This document shows positions 1 to 13,689 of a stretch of 64,000 bases of DNA, in pieces (position 1 is the stretch's first letter; each line of letters starts with the position of its first letter). The notes under the pieces were generated by a model, which saw nothing but the letters and a program-made list of their open reading frames with translations, had not been told where the DNA came from and made no database searches. The position numbers were made by a program, and so were the translations under genes. The stretch is from positions 151,394-215,393 of the forward strand of contig MU058650.1 of assembly GCA_013265495.1 (NCBI GenBank), in the 5' to 3' direction. Origin of the DNA: Vicugna vicugna. Lineage: Eukaryota.

Positions 1-2539
1 CATGTTGTATTCCTTGGGAGCAGTTAACTGCCCGGTTAGATTTTGGAGGCCCATCCAAAGGGGGCTGTTGACCTGAATGCAAGTTCTTGTCTCCAGTTCC
101 AATTAAAATCAGAACTAAATGCTAACCCTATATGGTGAACCCTCAACCTTGTACTGCATTTGGGATCACCTCCTTTCCCGCCTCTCTCTCTCCTGTTCTC
201 TTAATGTTTCTCTCTCTGTCTTGTTTCTTCCAGTGGAGAGCTGGGGAATTCACACTTGAGGAATCCCTCACAGAGAATTCAAATGCTAAAACTAGCTGCC
301 AGTCTCCCTTACTGGAAGACTGTGCAGTGCCTGGGGTGGGAGGTGGAGATTTGATGTAGTTTGCCTTGCTGAACCATCCTAGCAGGAAAAATAGAAAGTT
401 TGTACAGTTTGGTTTGGTTTGGTTTTTAGTTTTTCCTAAGTTAAGCCTGGATCCCCCCGGCCTCACTTCCCCATAAACAGCAAATTTAGAGGCTACTGAT
501 CATAAAACTGTTGTAACTGCTAAAGTCAGGGAGTGAGACGGCCTTGATTTGGGCTCTTGTCCACAGTGTGGATGTGACAGCAGCCTAGATGTCTGTCTCT
601 TATCAAACTCACAAACATTTCTGTCTTTATGACTGTAATGAGCCTGAAATTCTGCAAAAAGGGTGCTGATGAAGCAGTGGCTTCACAACCACCAACCAGA
701 CTGGGAATTCGCACAGAGCTGTGGGCTGAGTGGGTGGTGACTGGACTGTATTGCTGACTGCAGGCTCGATCCCTCATTTGCCTTGAGACACATATTACAT
801 TTAAAGAACATCTAACTTATGTTGGGGATGAGATATGGCACACCTGAGAAACCTGCAGTATTAAAATAAGGCTATTCTCCCCAACTGTCCCTGTCACACA
901 CAGGCTCTCTGTAGCCAAACCACGGGGTGTCTTAGCCACAGAGACAAACTGTTCTCAGTTTGCACAGAACTTGGGGTATGAGGGAATATGTGGGTAAGGA
1001 CTGGAGTAGGGGAGGAATCATGGAAGCGTTGTCATTTGGTGGTCTTATGTTCTGGAGGAGGCGGATGGTCCTTACCAGTGAGGTCTGGAAGGATGGCTTG
1101 TGTAGGACTTTTCTGTTGATAAATTACTGATGCTCCAACTCCCCTCCCGGGTGTGTAATGTCTGAATGAATGTGTAATCAACTACATTCCATTGAAAGCC
1201 ATAAAGCTAATTAGGTGCCCCTCCCACCCAATAGCATTTGTCACTCTCTAATCCTACCTCATCTTTAATAAAATAGTAACACTTTTACCAATAATCTCCA
1301 TTTTTCTGGACTTTTTAATAGCTGTTTTTTAAAAGCTAATTTACTGTGGTAAATGAATAATTAGAAATGCCTTACACTTTCTGTGTGCAAAGAATCTGGC
1401 TCTTAAATTAGATTTGAGATGGGATCTGCTTGAATATATCCACCATTGGTAATTTCATTCATTATCTTGTTTTTTTCCCCTCCTTTTTCTTTGCTCTGGT
1501 ATCTAGCTGTTTCCAAGACCATGCTTGTTTGTCTCACACCTGCTTGGTATTCCAGACCTGTCCTATCTTATCAGAATGTTAAAGCTGTGCTCACTGCAGC
1601 CTCAGGCCATGACTTTTAAATAACCTTATGGAATCGCTATAAGGAAAAATGCTATACTGTATTGTCCAAAAAAGTTCCCCATAGAAAATTCCCTTTTGGC
1701 ATCTGGAGAGCCCTTTTAGTTTTAGTTTACTATGACTATAATGTAGTTTATAAATCCATAAGTCATTTCAGTCATTAGACAAGCTGTGTTTTTTAAAGTT
1801 ATTGGCAAGGACCCTACATAATACATATTCAGTTATCTGGTCCACCATCTGTCACAAATATGTTATTTGGTTACCATTAAAGCTTTGATCCAGATTGACT
1901 CATAGGGTATTATAAGAATCACCTTGGAACAGAAGCTTAACATTAAAACTCTGTCTGATTTGTTCCAGCTTGTCTACAATAAAACTCAAGATACACAGAT
2001 ATGCTGCTTTTTTTCTAGGCTAAAAACATCAGCTTGGGAAAATACCACTATCATGGATTGTAATCTGGGTTGCTTGCATTGTATAAACCTAAACTGAGTA
2101 GTATCTCATTGAACTTGTTTAATCTATGTATGTACCGTCTCAGTCAGATTAGGTTTAATACCTCACCTCTTCCAAAAAAGTCTTCCATATACTTTACCTA
2201 CTTCTAGTAATTTTTGGCTTTATATCAACAAGGTACTTTGTACATTGAATGCATATGATATTCACCAGACATCCCCTAACGGGAAGATTTGGGGGTTGGG
2301 CATTCTTAAATGGTCATATCTATAGCTTTTCTACCTACTAAAAGTGCGACCTTTTATGGGAATTTGAATCCAAACATGACCTCTTACAATTTTTTTCTGT
2401 ATGTTCATGCTGATAATCATATTAAGAGGTAGAACCTATTTTCCTTCTTCCTAAATCTGGACTAGCCAACAGAAAGCAGGGGAAGTGGTGTGTGGGGACT
2501 AAACCTGGGCAGTAGAGGGCTGGGAGCTTCCTTTTGAAA

Positions 2540-2799
2540 TGCTTGCTATCAGGACGATCCCTCTTAGAACCCAGCTTCCATGTTGTGAGAATCTCAAGCC
2601 ACATGAATAAGCCACGTTACTCCAGATGACATCCCCAGGTGAACTCCTGCTGACAGTCAGCATCTATTGTCAGTCCACTTAACATGACAGCTGAATGAAG
2701 CCCCCAGAGGAGTATGCCATTGCCAAAAATCACAGGGACCACCTAGCTGAGTCTAGTCAACCCAAAGAACCATGAGAAATAACAAAATGGTTATTCTTT
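2540..2799 (+). mobile_element. Old MaLR (MLT1-type) LTR fragment, interrupted at its 3' end by the LTR at 2800
   Basis: MLT1-like 3' motif CCACCTAGCTGAGTCTAGTCAACCC...GAACCATGAGAAATAACAAAATGGTTATT; resumes briefly after 4254. Confidence 0.6.
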
Positions 2800-4250
2800 T
2801 GTTACTGAATTAGATGTGAGGCCCCCTATCGTGGGGCCCTAGATTAACAGAGGTCCCCCTGGCTCTGTCAGGAAGTTCTTTCCCGTTCAGGTTCATGCTG
2901 CTAATAATGAAACTGAGTTGGGCTTTTATTCAATGGCCAGAGAGTGGAGAAGGGGAGCTCATGCTCTAAAGATACCTTCTCCTTGAAAGGAGGGGAAATA
3001 GAGGAACTTTAAGGATTAGGAGGCAGACAGGTCATCAGGGCTCTAGGAGAGAGGCAGAGATTATCAAGGGTAGCTGGGGGCAGCTGGGACATGCACAGTT
3101 TTCCACACTCCTTTGCACATGGCACAAATTGTGGCTAGCAGAGTACAAATAGCCTCTTTGGGCAGAGATCTTAACATGGTAATGGAACAAAGGTAACTTT
3201 TGGACAACTCCAGGTTTCATCTGAGCAGGTGCATCCCTCTGGTCAAGTCAGAGCTGGTTTGGGGTGGTTGACCACAGTACACCTCTCAAAGCGTATGTCT
3301 CCCAAAGTACAGTTGCAAGGAATCTATGCCAAACACCAAGTACTTTTGAAACAAACTCAGAAAAATCAGATCAAGTGTCCTTCAGCTCTCAGCTCTCAAG
3401 GGCTGGTATGCAAACACAGAGATAAATCAAGGCAAGGGAAGTGGTGAGCTTTAAGCCTGTGTTGCCAGCTAGCTTGCATTTAGCCTGTTCAGTCAGGTTT
3501 TGTTGCAGGGCTTTGTGGCATCCTGTTGATAAAATACAACTAGCCTGCATAGTGAAAACAATGTCTGTGCCCCCGTCTTTGTATCCTGCTCCTCACTCTT
3601 GAGGGATGCTGAGGCAGGAAGCTCTATCTTCTGTGCCTTCTTCAAGCTGAGTCTGGGCATTGACATGGGGCCTATTACACGAGCATAACCATTCTCTAGC
3701 TAACATAAGGTATGTTTGATGGTCACCTGGCTGTAACCCAAGCTGTTCATAGCCCTGGAAAACCACCCTTTGGAGCTTAGGAGCCTCAGTTCTCAGATAG
3801 GTTGATGGTGAGGTGTCACAGTGGTGTCACTGATGTCCCTGGGGTTAACATTCGTCAATCCTCAGGTTCCAGCTGGTCTGGGGGCTACATACTCATAGTC
3901 ATCATGCAGTTAGTTTCCTCCACCTGGCAGGGGCTTTAGTATCTGCATAACAACTCAGGAATGTGTATCTGACACTGTTATCCATGTCCTTCAGGGAGGA
4001 AATAAAGATTCTGTGACTCTACTGTATGGCTGATCCATTGTTTAAATTGTTACCAGTTCTCCTGGTCCAACTGCTGTCTTTGGTTACTACATGTTCACAT
4101 TCTTCCAATCAATTCTCCAGCCAGCCTTCTGTGACTCAGAAAACACCTGGGAGACTAAAGTTTTTCTACAAACAAGAGGCAGGCAGAAGATGTTGGTGAG
4201 GGGAAGGTCTGTCCCAGGAAGGCCCACCCATAGGGTACTGTTCAGTTACA
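2800..4250 (-). mobile_element. Long ERV1-type LTR element (1451 bp)
   Basis: TG...CA termini with inverted ends TGTTACTGAA / TTCAGTTACA, 4-bp TSD CTTT (2796-2799, 4251-4254), minus-strand AATAAA at 2925-2930. Confidence 0.85.
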
Positions 4251-6009
4251 CTTTTACACTATTAAGTTGGATGCTGAATAGCATTGGGTAAATAAAATGT
4301 CTTGTAAAGACCCTATGCCCCTCAAAAGACAGGGTCTCCAGTGGGCAGGTATCTTTTGAGGGGGAAAAATAATATTACAAGTCTTGAGAATAAACTTTAC
4401 CAAGGGACTTCCCTAAGTTCCTCACTCTGAGATAGGGAAAAGCAAATGGAGATTTTATGAATATTGTGCTCTTATCAATATTATTCCTATATTTGTTGAT
4501 ATTTTTATGTTTGATTTGTAGCTTTTTGCATTTTCTTCCCTATTTGCATTATAAGCTATTAAGAGTAATGTGAACAAGTGGAGGCTTTTTCGCAGAGTAT
4601 CATCTTGGCACTGTAGTTGGATCTCCCATAGCCTGTTTCTCTTCCTCTAAGATGGGGATAACTTGTGGGATACTTGTGGGATTATTATAAGAAATAAGTT
4701 TTTAAAAATTAAGTGTTTTCTGTAATATTTAAATACAATTCCAGGTTTATGTCTTATAGCGAAGGTTTTGCTATATTTGTTTTTTCTTTTTATCTGTCTT
4801 GTATATTACAGAGACTTGATGTGTTTAAATGATGAAAATGTTGATTTGGTTTGGAAACAATGTAATATTTATCTCCTTTTTTCCCCCCTGGAGTGTATTT
4901 TCTGGCAGTGAGTGTATAAATAGATACTTTGCTCATATGATAAATTGTAACACCACAACAAACTGAACAGTCCCAAGGCAAATCATTCCCTGAAGTAAAT
5001 ATGATTAAGCTCAGGGGGAGGGTGACAGATCACTGACTCTCATGAAAGCTGGGACACAACACTGCTGTTAGAAAGGCCTTCCTAGTCAGGCAAGGCTAAA
5101 GGGTTGCAAATCGTTCCAATATATAATTAATGAAACTAACCAGAGTGAGTCTCTTGAGGAAGCAGGTGTTTGAAATGGTACCTTTTTGTAACCAAGTACA
5201 GCACGGAGATATGAAGTTTGTAGTTGTCTCCTATTTTCTTATGATTTAGAAATGAAATCTATTTGAGTAAATAATTCAGATAATGGCATCTTGTGAACCT
5301 GAGTGTCGCACCTTTAAAACTAAATTTTGAGATACTAGTATTCTTTTGACTTACCATAGGATGCAGGACATCTGAGCTCTTTATTGTCCAAAATTACCTG
5401 TGAGGAGCTTATATTTTTGAACTTCTCAATTCCTTTAATGCTTCATGTCCCAGGAAACTGACTCTTCTGTAAGGAAAACTCTCTCCCAGAATGTTTTGAC
5501 TTGCATGTCAATAAAAAATAAGACAGTCGTGCTCCTAAAGAATTTCACGACGCTTAAAGAAGCCTAATGCATGCAAATTTAACTAAACAGATACAGTACA
5601 GAGTTGTTTTAATATAGAAGAATTATTTGCTTTTTCTTTTATTCCTCTAAATGGCAAATTTCCTTGATCTGTTTGAAACTGAATTTAATTTGTGAAACAT
5701 ACAGGGGTCACCCAAGTTTTTCAGGCATGCCTGTGTATTTTATAGCTCAATTTGTGTGTACCTGCAAATAGCTGTATGCTATGTTGGTATTTTGAAAAGT
5801 GGATGAGCACTTGGTACTTTCTCAAGGAATACAATCTGGAGGCACAAAGGAAAATGAATTAGGGAGTAAGTCACTAGACTCACCCAGACTCACTATTCAT
5901 CTCCAAAGTCTCAGAAACAACTTGCTTCCAAATTGCAAGGAGGAAAGATGCTTCTCTCTTGTCCTTCCCTGCAACCTGGACCAACACCGAGATGTGGAAA
6001 AAATTAAGA

Positions 6010-6870
6010 TGCCCTTTTCTGCTTCAGGGCTCTTCCCTTGCTCTTCCATCTGTCTGGAATGATTTTTTTCTCTCTCATTTTTCTCATTCAGGTTCCTTTT
6101 CTAACATTTCAGCCTAAATGTCACCCTGTTACCAAGTCCAAATTCGTTCTGCTTGCCACATGACAGGCCAATAAACTGGGAGACAAGATGTTGGGGCAAG
6201 GAATAGTGACTTTATTCAGAAAGCCAGCAGACCGAGAGGATGGCAGACTAATGTCTTGGAGAACCATCTTACTCAAGTCAAAATTCAGGCTCCTTTTATA
6301 CTAAAAGTGGAGGGTGTGTGGTTGGTTTGTGCAAACTTCTTGGTGGAGAAATTATTTGTTCTTGTAGCTGTCCACATGGTCAGGTCATGGTGCCCCCTGT
6401 AAAACCTCTAACAAAACAAATGTTATCCTGTAACTTGTTATCTTTATATAGGTACAAAAATGTTGATATCCTTAAAGGTCAAAGTCTTGAGAATAGGGTC
6501 TCCTGTATATTTCAGGCTAAAGACAACATTTTTTACAAAAGATGCAGAGCCAGCAAGACTAAGCCTAGAAAACAGGGCAAAGGGTTAAAGCCAAAAAAGC
6601 AGATCTAATATGGAGTCAGATTTGTTCTTTTCTGTTACAACCCTTTCAGAGAGTCCTTCCATCTGAAGAATATCCCTAACCCTATTCCGTATTGCAGCCT
6701 CTTTAGTTACCTCACAGCAGCTACTGCCATCTATAATTATTTATCGATAGCCCATCTTCCCCACTTGAATATGACCTTCCCAAGGCAAAAATTACCTCAT
6801 TTATATATTTATGTCACCAGTTCAAACACAAGAGTATTTACATAAATATTTGTCAAATAAATCAGCGAAT
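6010..6870 (+). mobile_element. L2 3' end fragment split by a solo LTR
   Basis: L2-like motifs AAATGTCACCC|TTTCAGAGAG across the LTR and terminal AAATATTTGTCAAATAAAT. Confidence 0.6.
6127..6639 (-). mobile_element. ERV1 solo LTR, family A copy 1
   Basis: TG...CA ends, TSD ACCC (6123-6126, 6640-6643); clearly homologous to the copies at 14272 and 41730. Confidence 0.9.
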
Positions 6871-7269
6871 AATCCTTAGTTAGATTTATAAGTATGTAAC
6901 TTCAGGATGTGTTAATAAAACTGTATTGTCTACAAAACCATGGGGAAAAGGAAGTTTGTGAATACACAGAGACCCTTTAGGGAGATGCGATTCATTTCTT
7001 AACTTTCACATGTGACTCCCAACTATGTAGATTTACCTGGGCTAGCTTTAGATTCCAGAACACCTCCTGTTGGAACATACAGCATCTCTTGATTGCTTTG
7101 CTTGGCTCTGATTTGATATGTGCTCTCTAAACACTCATCTTAATATCCGTTAAGCCAGTCATAATTGAGAAGGGAGATGAGCTGGTACTGGAGCAGATGC
7201 ATGTATCCCCCAGATAAGCAAACAAGCAACATAATGAGCGGGGGAAACTTCGTGTATTACCATGGGGGG

Positions 7270-7470
7270 AAAATTAGGTCTTAGAAATGGAAGATAAGAG
7301 TTTCAGGACCTGCTCCACAACTCGTATTCCCTTAATTAAGTCATATGGCCTCACTGAGCCACAGTTTCCCAACTAGTATATGGGGATAGGAGAAACTGCT
7401 CCGTCTTGCTCTCAGAGTTTCTGTGAGAAATGCATGGCATGGAAAGCACTTGGGCAACTGTAAAGCCCAC
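7270..7470 (+). mobile_element. MIR SINE remnant
   Basis: Core-like CCTCACTGAGCCACAGTTTCCCAACTAGTATATGGGGATA and GGAAAGCACTT...CTGTAAAGC. Confidence 0.6.
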
Positions 7471-8214
7471 TATCCATAAAAGGAATTGTTTTTAGAATAT
7501 AATTTATATATTAAGCTTTATAATATGTAAACAAAAGCCTATGAAGTGAGGACATAGCATCACACAAGTTCCATATTCTCAGATGGTCCTGGCCACTGGA
7601 GAAAGTCAATAGTATATGTATTAATATGTATTAAATATTTCTATGCTCCAGAATCTAAGGTTGGCACTAAGAGAATATGATAGACATAATATAATGTCTA
7701 TGCAGCTTGCAATCCAGTGGAGAAGATATGCTGGGAATAGCACAGCATGCAATAAGTGCTATGTCAAGGGCAGTGCCAGGGGAGGTACCAGCTACTTCAG
7801 GAGGGGCATGGGATTTTTTTTTTCTGAAGGAAATATGTATACTCCAAGACCTTTGACAGAAATAGGATAATGAAGTTAAAGGATTGAAAAAATAATGTTT
7901 TAAGAAGAGATGGCATTTAAAAGAAGTGAATTCCAGGACTGAATACAAGAGAAATCTTAGATATTTTGAGGAAAATAGGAATTGTAGGTATGGATGAAGC
8001 TCAGTGTGTGTGGAGTGGTAGGAAATGAGGTGGGGAAACTAGATTGGAGCCAAGAACTGAAGTTTAAACTTTATTGTGAGGTTTTGATAAAGGGATCTTG
8101 AAGGATTTCAAAGCACAGAGGTGACATGAGATTTTATTTTAAAAAGCTTACTGTGACTGTAGCATAGCAAATAACTGGGAAGAATGGGACCAGGAATATA
8201 AGTCAAGAGTTGAT

Positions 8215-10580
8215 ATAAACCACAATTTCTTTACCAGTCATCTGTCAATGGACATTTCGGTTGTTTCTATGCCTTGGCTATTGTAAACAGTGCTGCTATG
8301 AACACTGTCTTCAAAAAATACATGTGTCTTTTCAAATTACAGTTTTCTCTGGATATATGCCCAGGAGTGGGATTGCTGGGTCATACTGTAGGTCTATGTT
8401 TTATTTTGAAGGAATCTCCATGCTGCCCTGCACAGTGGCTGCACCAAACTACATTCCCACCAGCAGTGTAGAAGGGTTCCCTTGGCATTTATCATTTGTG
8501 GACTTTTAATGATGGCCACTCTGACCAATGTGAGGTGATACCTCATTGTAGTTTTGATTTGCACGTCTCTAATAACTAGTGATACTGAGCATTTTTTCAT
8601 GTGCCTATTGGCCATTTGTATGTCCTCATTGAAGAATTGCTTGTTTAGATCTTCTGCCCATTTTTGAATTGGATTATTTTCTCATTATAAAATTATATGA
8701 GCTCTTTATGTATTCTAGAAATTAAGCCTTTGTCTGTTGCATCATTTGCAAGTATTTTTCTCCCATTTTCTAGGTTGTCTTTTTGTTTTGTTTATAATTT
8801 CCTTTGCTGTGCAAAAGCTTATAAGTTTGATTAGGTCCCATTTGTTGTTTTGCTTTTATTTCTATTGCCTGGGTAAACTGCCCTAGGAGAGCATTGCTGA
8901 CAATTACATCAGAGAATGTTTTGCCTATTATTTCTTCTAGGAGGTTTATGCTGTCCTGTCTTACGTTTAAGTCTTCAAGCCATTTTGAATTTATTTTTGT
9001 GTAGGTGTGAGGGAGTGTGCTCACTTCATTGATTTACATATGATTGTTCAACACCACTTGCTAAAGAGACTGTCTTTTCTCTATTGAATATTCTTGCCTA
9101 TTTTGTCAAAGATTAATTGACATAAGTGTGTGTGTTTATTTCTGGACTCTCTATTTCTGTATGTCTGTTTTTGTGCCAGTACCAAGCTGTTTTGATTACT
9201 GTAGCTTTGTAGTATTGTCTGAAGTCTGGGAGGGTTATGCCTCCAGCTTTGGCCTTTTCCTCAGGATTGCTCTGGCAATTCTGGGTCTTTTGTAATTCCA
9301 TACAAATTTTAGGATTATTTGTTCTGATTCCATGAAAAATTTCCTGGCTAACTTGATAGGTATCACATTAAATATGTAGATTCCTCTGGGTAGCATGGCC
9401 ATTTTTAACAGTATTAATTCTTCTAATCCAAGAGCATGGGATATATTTTTATTTCTTTAAATCATCTTTAGTTTCCTTAATCAGTGTTTTATAATTTGCT
9501 AAGTCTCTCACCTCCTTGGTCAGGTTTATTTCTAAGTATTTAATTTTTTGATGTGATTTTAGAAGGTTTTTTTTTAAATTTTCTGATATTTTATTGTTAG
9601 TGTAAGGAAATGCAATAGATTTTGGTATGTTACTCTTGTATCCTGCTACCTTGCTGAATTCTATTCAGCCATAAAAAAGAATGAAATAATGCTATTTGTA
9701 GCAACATGGATGGACCTGGGGATTGTCATACTAAGTAAAGTAAGCCAGAAAGAGAAAGAAAAATACCACGTGATATCACTTATGTATGGAATCTAAAAAA
9801 TAAAGTTACAAATGAACTTATTTACAAAACAGAAACAGATTCACAGACATAGAAAACAAACGTATGGCTACCAGAGAGAAATAGGGTGGGAAGGGATAAA
9901 TTGGGAGTTAGGGATTTGTAGAGACCAACTACTATATATAAACTAGATTAGCTACAAGGTCCTACTGTATAGCACAGGGACCTGTGAACAAAAAATACTG
10001 CAAACCGTATCAGTAAACAAAGAAAGCTGAAGCCATCAATTCATCAGCGGCTGCCGCCACCCCCAGTGAAGAGCAGCCTGCAGCCCAGCCTCTGCAGCCA
10101 CTCACAATGGTGCACTGTGAGGGGACTCAGAATTAGAAAGGACAGGATACTGGCCCTAGACAGCTAGGTGCTTGTCAAAGGAATGAATTAACATAGAAAA
10201 AAATTCTTTAACTTGAGATACCTGGTTTTCTTCAGTTAACAAGTAAGCTTTTAATGTTCTGACTACCTGGTCTTTGTTGTAAAACTCTTATATATCCTAG
10301 CTCTTCCTCTACTTCTTTGGAGCAGTCCCTCAGAGTGATCCGAGAGGCTGTCAGCCCAGGTGCAAGTCCTCAGAAATGTCCACCAAATAAACATAACTCT
10401 CAACTTTTAGGCTCTGCATTTATTTCAGCTGACAGAACTATATTACAATCTTATAATGAAAAAATATACATATATAATATATATATCTGAATTACTATGC
10501 TGTACACCAGAAGCCACACAACATTGTAAACTGACTATTCTTCAGTTAAAATTTTTAAAAAAGAAAACTAAAAAATGAAC
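8215..10580. mobile_element. 5'-inverted, truncated L1: antisense ORF2 C-terminal part 8215-9660, sense 3' end 9661-10580
   Basis: Minus-strand ORF fragments [28 protein letters not shown] and [14 protein letters not shown] are L1 ORF2; the plus part is L1 3' UTR ending in an A-rich tail. Confidence 0.9.
9983..10434 (+). mobile_element. ERV1-type solo LTR nested in the L1 3' UTR
   Basis: TGTGAAC...CTGACA ends, TSD GACC/GAAC (1 mismatch), TATATA near 10289 and AATAAA near 10386; splits the L1 motif AGCACAGGGAAC|TATATT. Confidence 0.85.
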
Positions 10581-11595
10581 TTGATTAAGGAGCCTAGGGA
10601 AGAGATGAAAAAGAGTGATGTCAGTGAGGGTAGAGGGAAATTTTGGTGCTTGGCTTACTGAGGGGAGTGAGTGAGACCACACAGTATGAGTCTCCCTTGT
10701 TCCATCTTTGCGCTTATCTCTTTAATTCTAAGATTCGGCATCTTTAAATGCTGATTGCTCCTATGTCTTCAGACTTCCAACTGTTCCAAACTCTTAACCA
10801 GGAAATAGAAGAAAGCTTCAGAGTGATTTGACTACTTTCCTTGGATCGGTTCTTAAATATCCCTTTTGGCTTAAGAAGGAAAGAAATCTAATGCAGAAGA
10901 AATTTTGTACTGTGGCTTTTTCTTCGGAGAAACCTATGTAGAAAAACTGCTCTTTGTTATTAGAAATTAAATGTGTAAGTTTCTCTTTATAAGTTTTGGT
11001 GGCTGGGGAGCTCCACACACAGTTAATCAAATATTTAGCAATAGAGAAATATTAATTATTTTTCAAACCATTAGAACACAATAAATACATTTAATATTAA
11101 AATACTTAACATTATTTACTTTTATGGACTGATAGTCTAAAATATATTAAGACTTACAGAAGTAACAGTCATTATATAAACATTACTTCTTAAGATTGTG
11201 GACATCAAAAGAATTAAAGTTTGGAATGAGAGATTGGTAGTTACAATAATACCCACTTTGCAAGAAGCTTGCTTGAATAAATCCTTGCTATTACTCATCT
11301 TTTTTCATGAAAAAAATTTGTGAAATATGTAATGTTTAAAGACGTATCTCATTCTTTTCACTTTCTGGTTACTTAGATTCCAGCTAAGTATTTAGAAAAT
11401 CCTAAAATGAAAAAAATTAAGATAGGGACTTAGATTATTACAGATGGTATAATAACAACAACAACATAGAATAATAATAATAGTTACTTTTTTTTGAGTG
11501 TTTACTACTTTTCAGGCATTGACCAGTAAGTGGTAAAACTGGGATTTGAACCCAGTTGTTACCTTAAAAGTCTCTCATAGTTTCCCTGAGTTTTC

Positions 11596-11773
11596 TTTTT
11601 TTCTTTAAATTCTTTTTAATGTTTTGAACAGTGACATTTATTTACTTAGGTTTTTTTTAGGGGGGTAACTAGGTTAACTGATTTATTTAATCTTAGAGGA
11701 AGTACTGGGGATTGAACCCAGGACCTCATAGATACTATGCATGTGCTCTACCATTTGAGCTATACCCTCCCCC
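11596..11773 (-). mobile_element. tRNA-derived camelid SINE (Vic-1-like)
   Basis: Reverse complement begins GGGGAGGGTATAGCTCAAATGGTAGAGC..GGTCCTGGGTTCAATCCCCAGTAC (Pol III A and B boxes); degenerate TSD TTTCCCTGAGTTTTC / CTTTCCGGAGTTTTC. Confidence 0.88.
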
Positions 11774-11789
11774 TCTTTCCGGAGTTTTC

Positions 11790-11990
11790 AAATTGGCCTC
11801 CTGCAACTCTTATTTTGCTGGCCTAATGTGGGCCCACATAATGGTTTAAGTTTTTCAATTAGTTGCCAATATTTTAAAATCAAGTTACTTCACACACAGT
11901 CTTAAACTTCTAGCTTCTTTTAGACACTTGTGTGATCTGACCTAAGCTCCTTGCAGAAAAACAATTAGTTGAAGCTCAGCTTCATTATGG
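11790..11990. mobile_element. Old hAT-type DNA transposon remnant (MER102-like)
   Basis: Motif AATTAGTTGCCAATATTTTAAAATCAAG..TTCACAC..CTAGCTTCTTTT resembles a recalled consensus. Confidence 0.4.
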
Positions 11991-13689
11991 TATATTACGG
12001 TACACTATGGCAGACCACAGCACAGCACAGGGTGATATAAATCTTATACTCCGTTCTCTTAACTGTAGCTCTCACCACTGCTGTCACTGAAGCCAGTGTC
12101 AGGTGCCATTGGTGATGAACACTTGCCTTATAGTTATGCTTAGGATAGAAGTTATAAAATTATTAATTACTTATATATTCATATTTCTCTAATGTTAAAA
12201 AAACTAAATGGTAACCCAAGAGGCTGCATGTTTAAAGAAAAATGAGAGAAAATATACTTCTTTGGGGCTTTGAAAAATTCTGCTTATTGACATGAACTTC
12301 CTGGCCCATTGAATTTGATACCTGCCCAGTCTTCTTATTTTATTTATTACAAGTTCAAAACAGACGCCCTGAGAGTCCCAGAATGGATGCCTGAGTATCT
12401 TTAAAGCCTCCTAGGAACCTCAAAATAGGTTGAGAATCACTGGGTTACAACACAGCTGGTTAATGCTAGAGACTTATGGAATAAATGTGTGGGTGATTCA
12501 TATCAGAGCAGAGACGCCTGCTGCCTACAAAGCCCGTCACAAAGCCCTCTGCTGAAGTGAAAAGAAAGGCTTTTTGTGTTTCCATTTCCTAAGTTTTACT
12601 TGTTTCTGTTTCTCTTTTTTGACAAATATTTTTTAAAAATCTTTCCAATTGAACATAGCCATTAGCCTACAACAAGACTGCAATTGGAAATAGCTGTGTC
12701 TAATACTGCGAAGTTATCATCCCCCTCCAGCAGGAAAGGCATAATTCACATAATTCACAGTGATGGAAAAGGGAGCAATTTTCTACTCAACCAGAAGTTC
12801 AGAAAGTTCCTGGGTCATTTCTTTTCCTGAAAATCAAATGGAAGTATACTAGAATAAATCTTCCAGGGCCCAGACAGTTGACAGCCAGGGGAAGCAAGAG
12901 CAAGAATATGTAAATTCTGAAACTGAGTGAAAAGCCCAACTTTCCTATAGGCAGCAAGTGCACAGGGCATAGCAGAGCCTTATGCTTCCTCAAGAATTTC
13001 ACACATCAGTTTGGGAGACATACTGACAGCAAAGGGAATTAAGTGAGGAATCTGTCTTAAGGGTGTCTTATCTCAACAGACTTCTGATCTAACATTTCTC
13101 TATAAAACTGATCCCTTTGGGTTACTGACTGAGTGTATACAAGAGCTGAGAATTTATGTTCTAAAAAAAAGAGGCATATCAAATTAATACCTGTTTGAGT
13201 AAAATATTTAACAACTTGGAGGTAAAACCCTTGAACTTAGTTTCTAATTATCAGTTCACTTATGAGCAAATTATTAATCATTTCAGTGTCTTTTAGTATT
13301 GATTGATCACTCAATTTGGAGAAAAAACAGAATTAGGCACTCTGGGTTAGCTTCTGCTGGTAAATGCTTGAGCTGATGTCTGAAGATCCTTGAAATCTCA
13401 GAACGGTTTCCATTTTAGTGAAGTCTTAACTTGCTGGAGGGAGTGAGTAGAATTTGTGAACACACAGAGTAGAGATCATTATAACGTTAGTGAACTTATA
13501 ACACTAAATCCCTGTTGTATGGTATACCTCGTATCTCCTGTGCTTTAAGGAGGGAGACAAGGTTTAGCAAGTGAAATGACTGCATCTTTCATTTTACTGG
13601 TTGTTACAAGGGGCTCTACTTAATTTATGTTTAATTTGTGGATTTAATTGATCCATATATAAGTAGTGATTTATTTGAGTATTCTTCTC

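Noticed and set aside
6318..6608. Mutually similar ORFs at 6318, 14392-14761 and 41703-42012 suggesting a small gene family
   Set aside because: Similarity comes from being the same LTR family; reading frames are not conserved between copies
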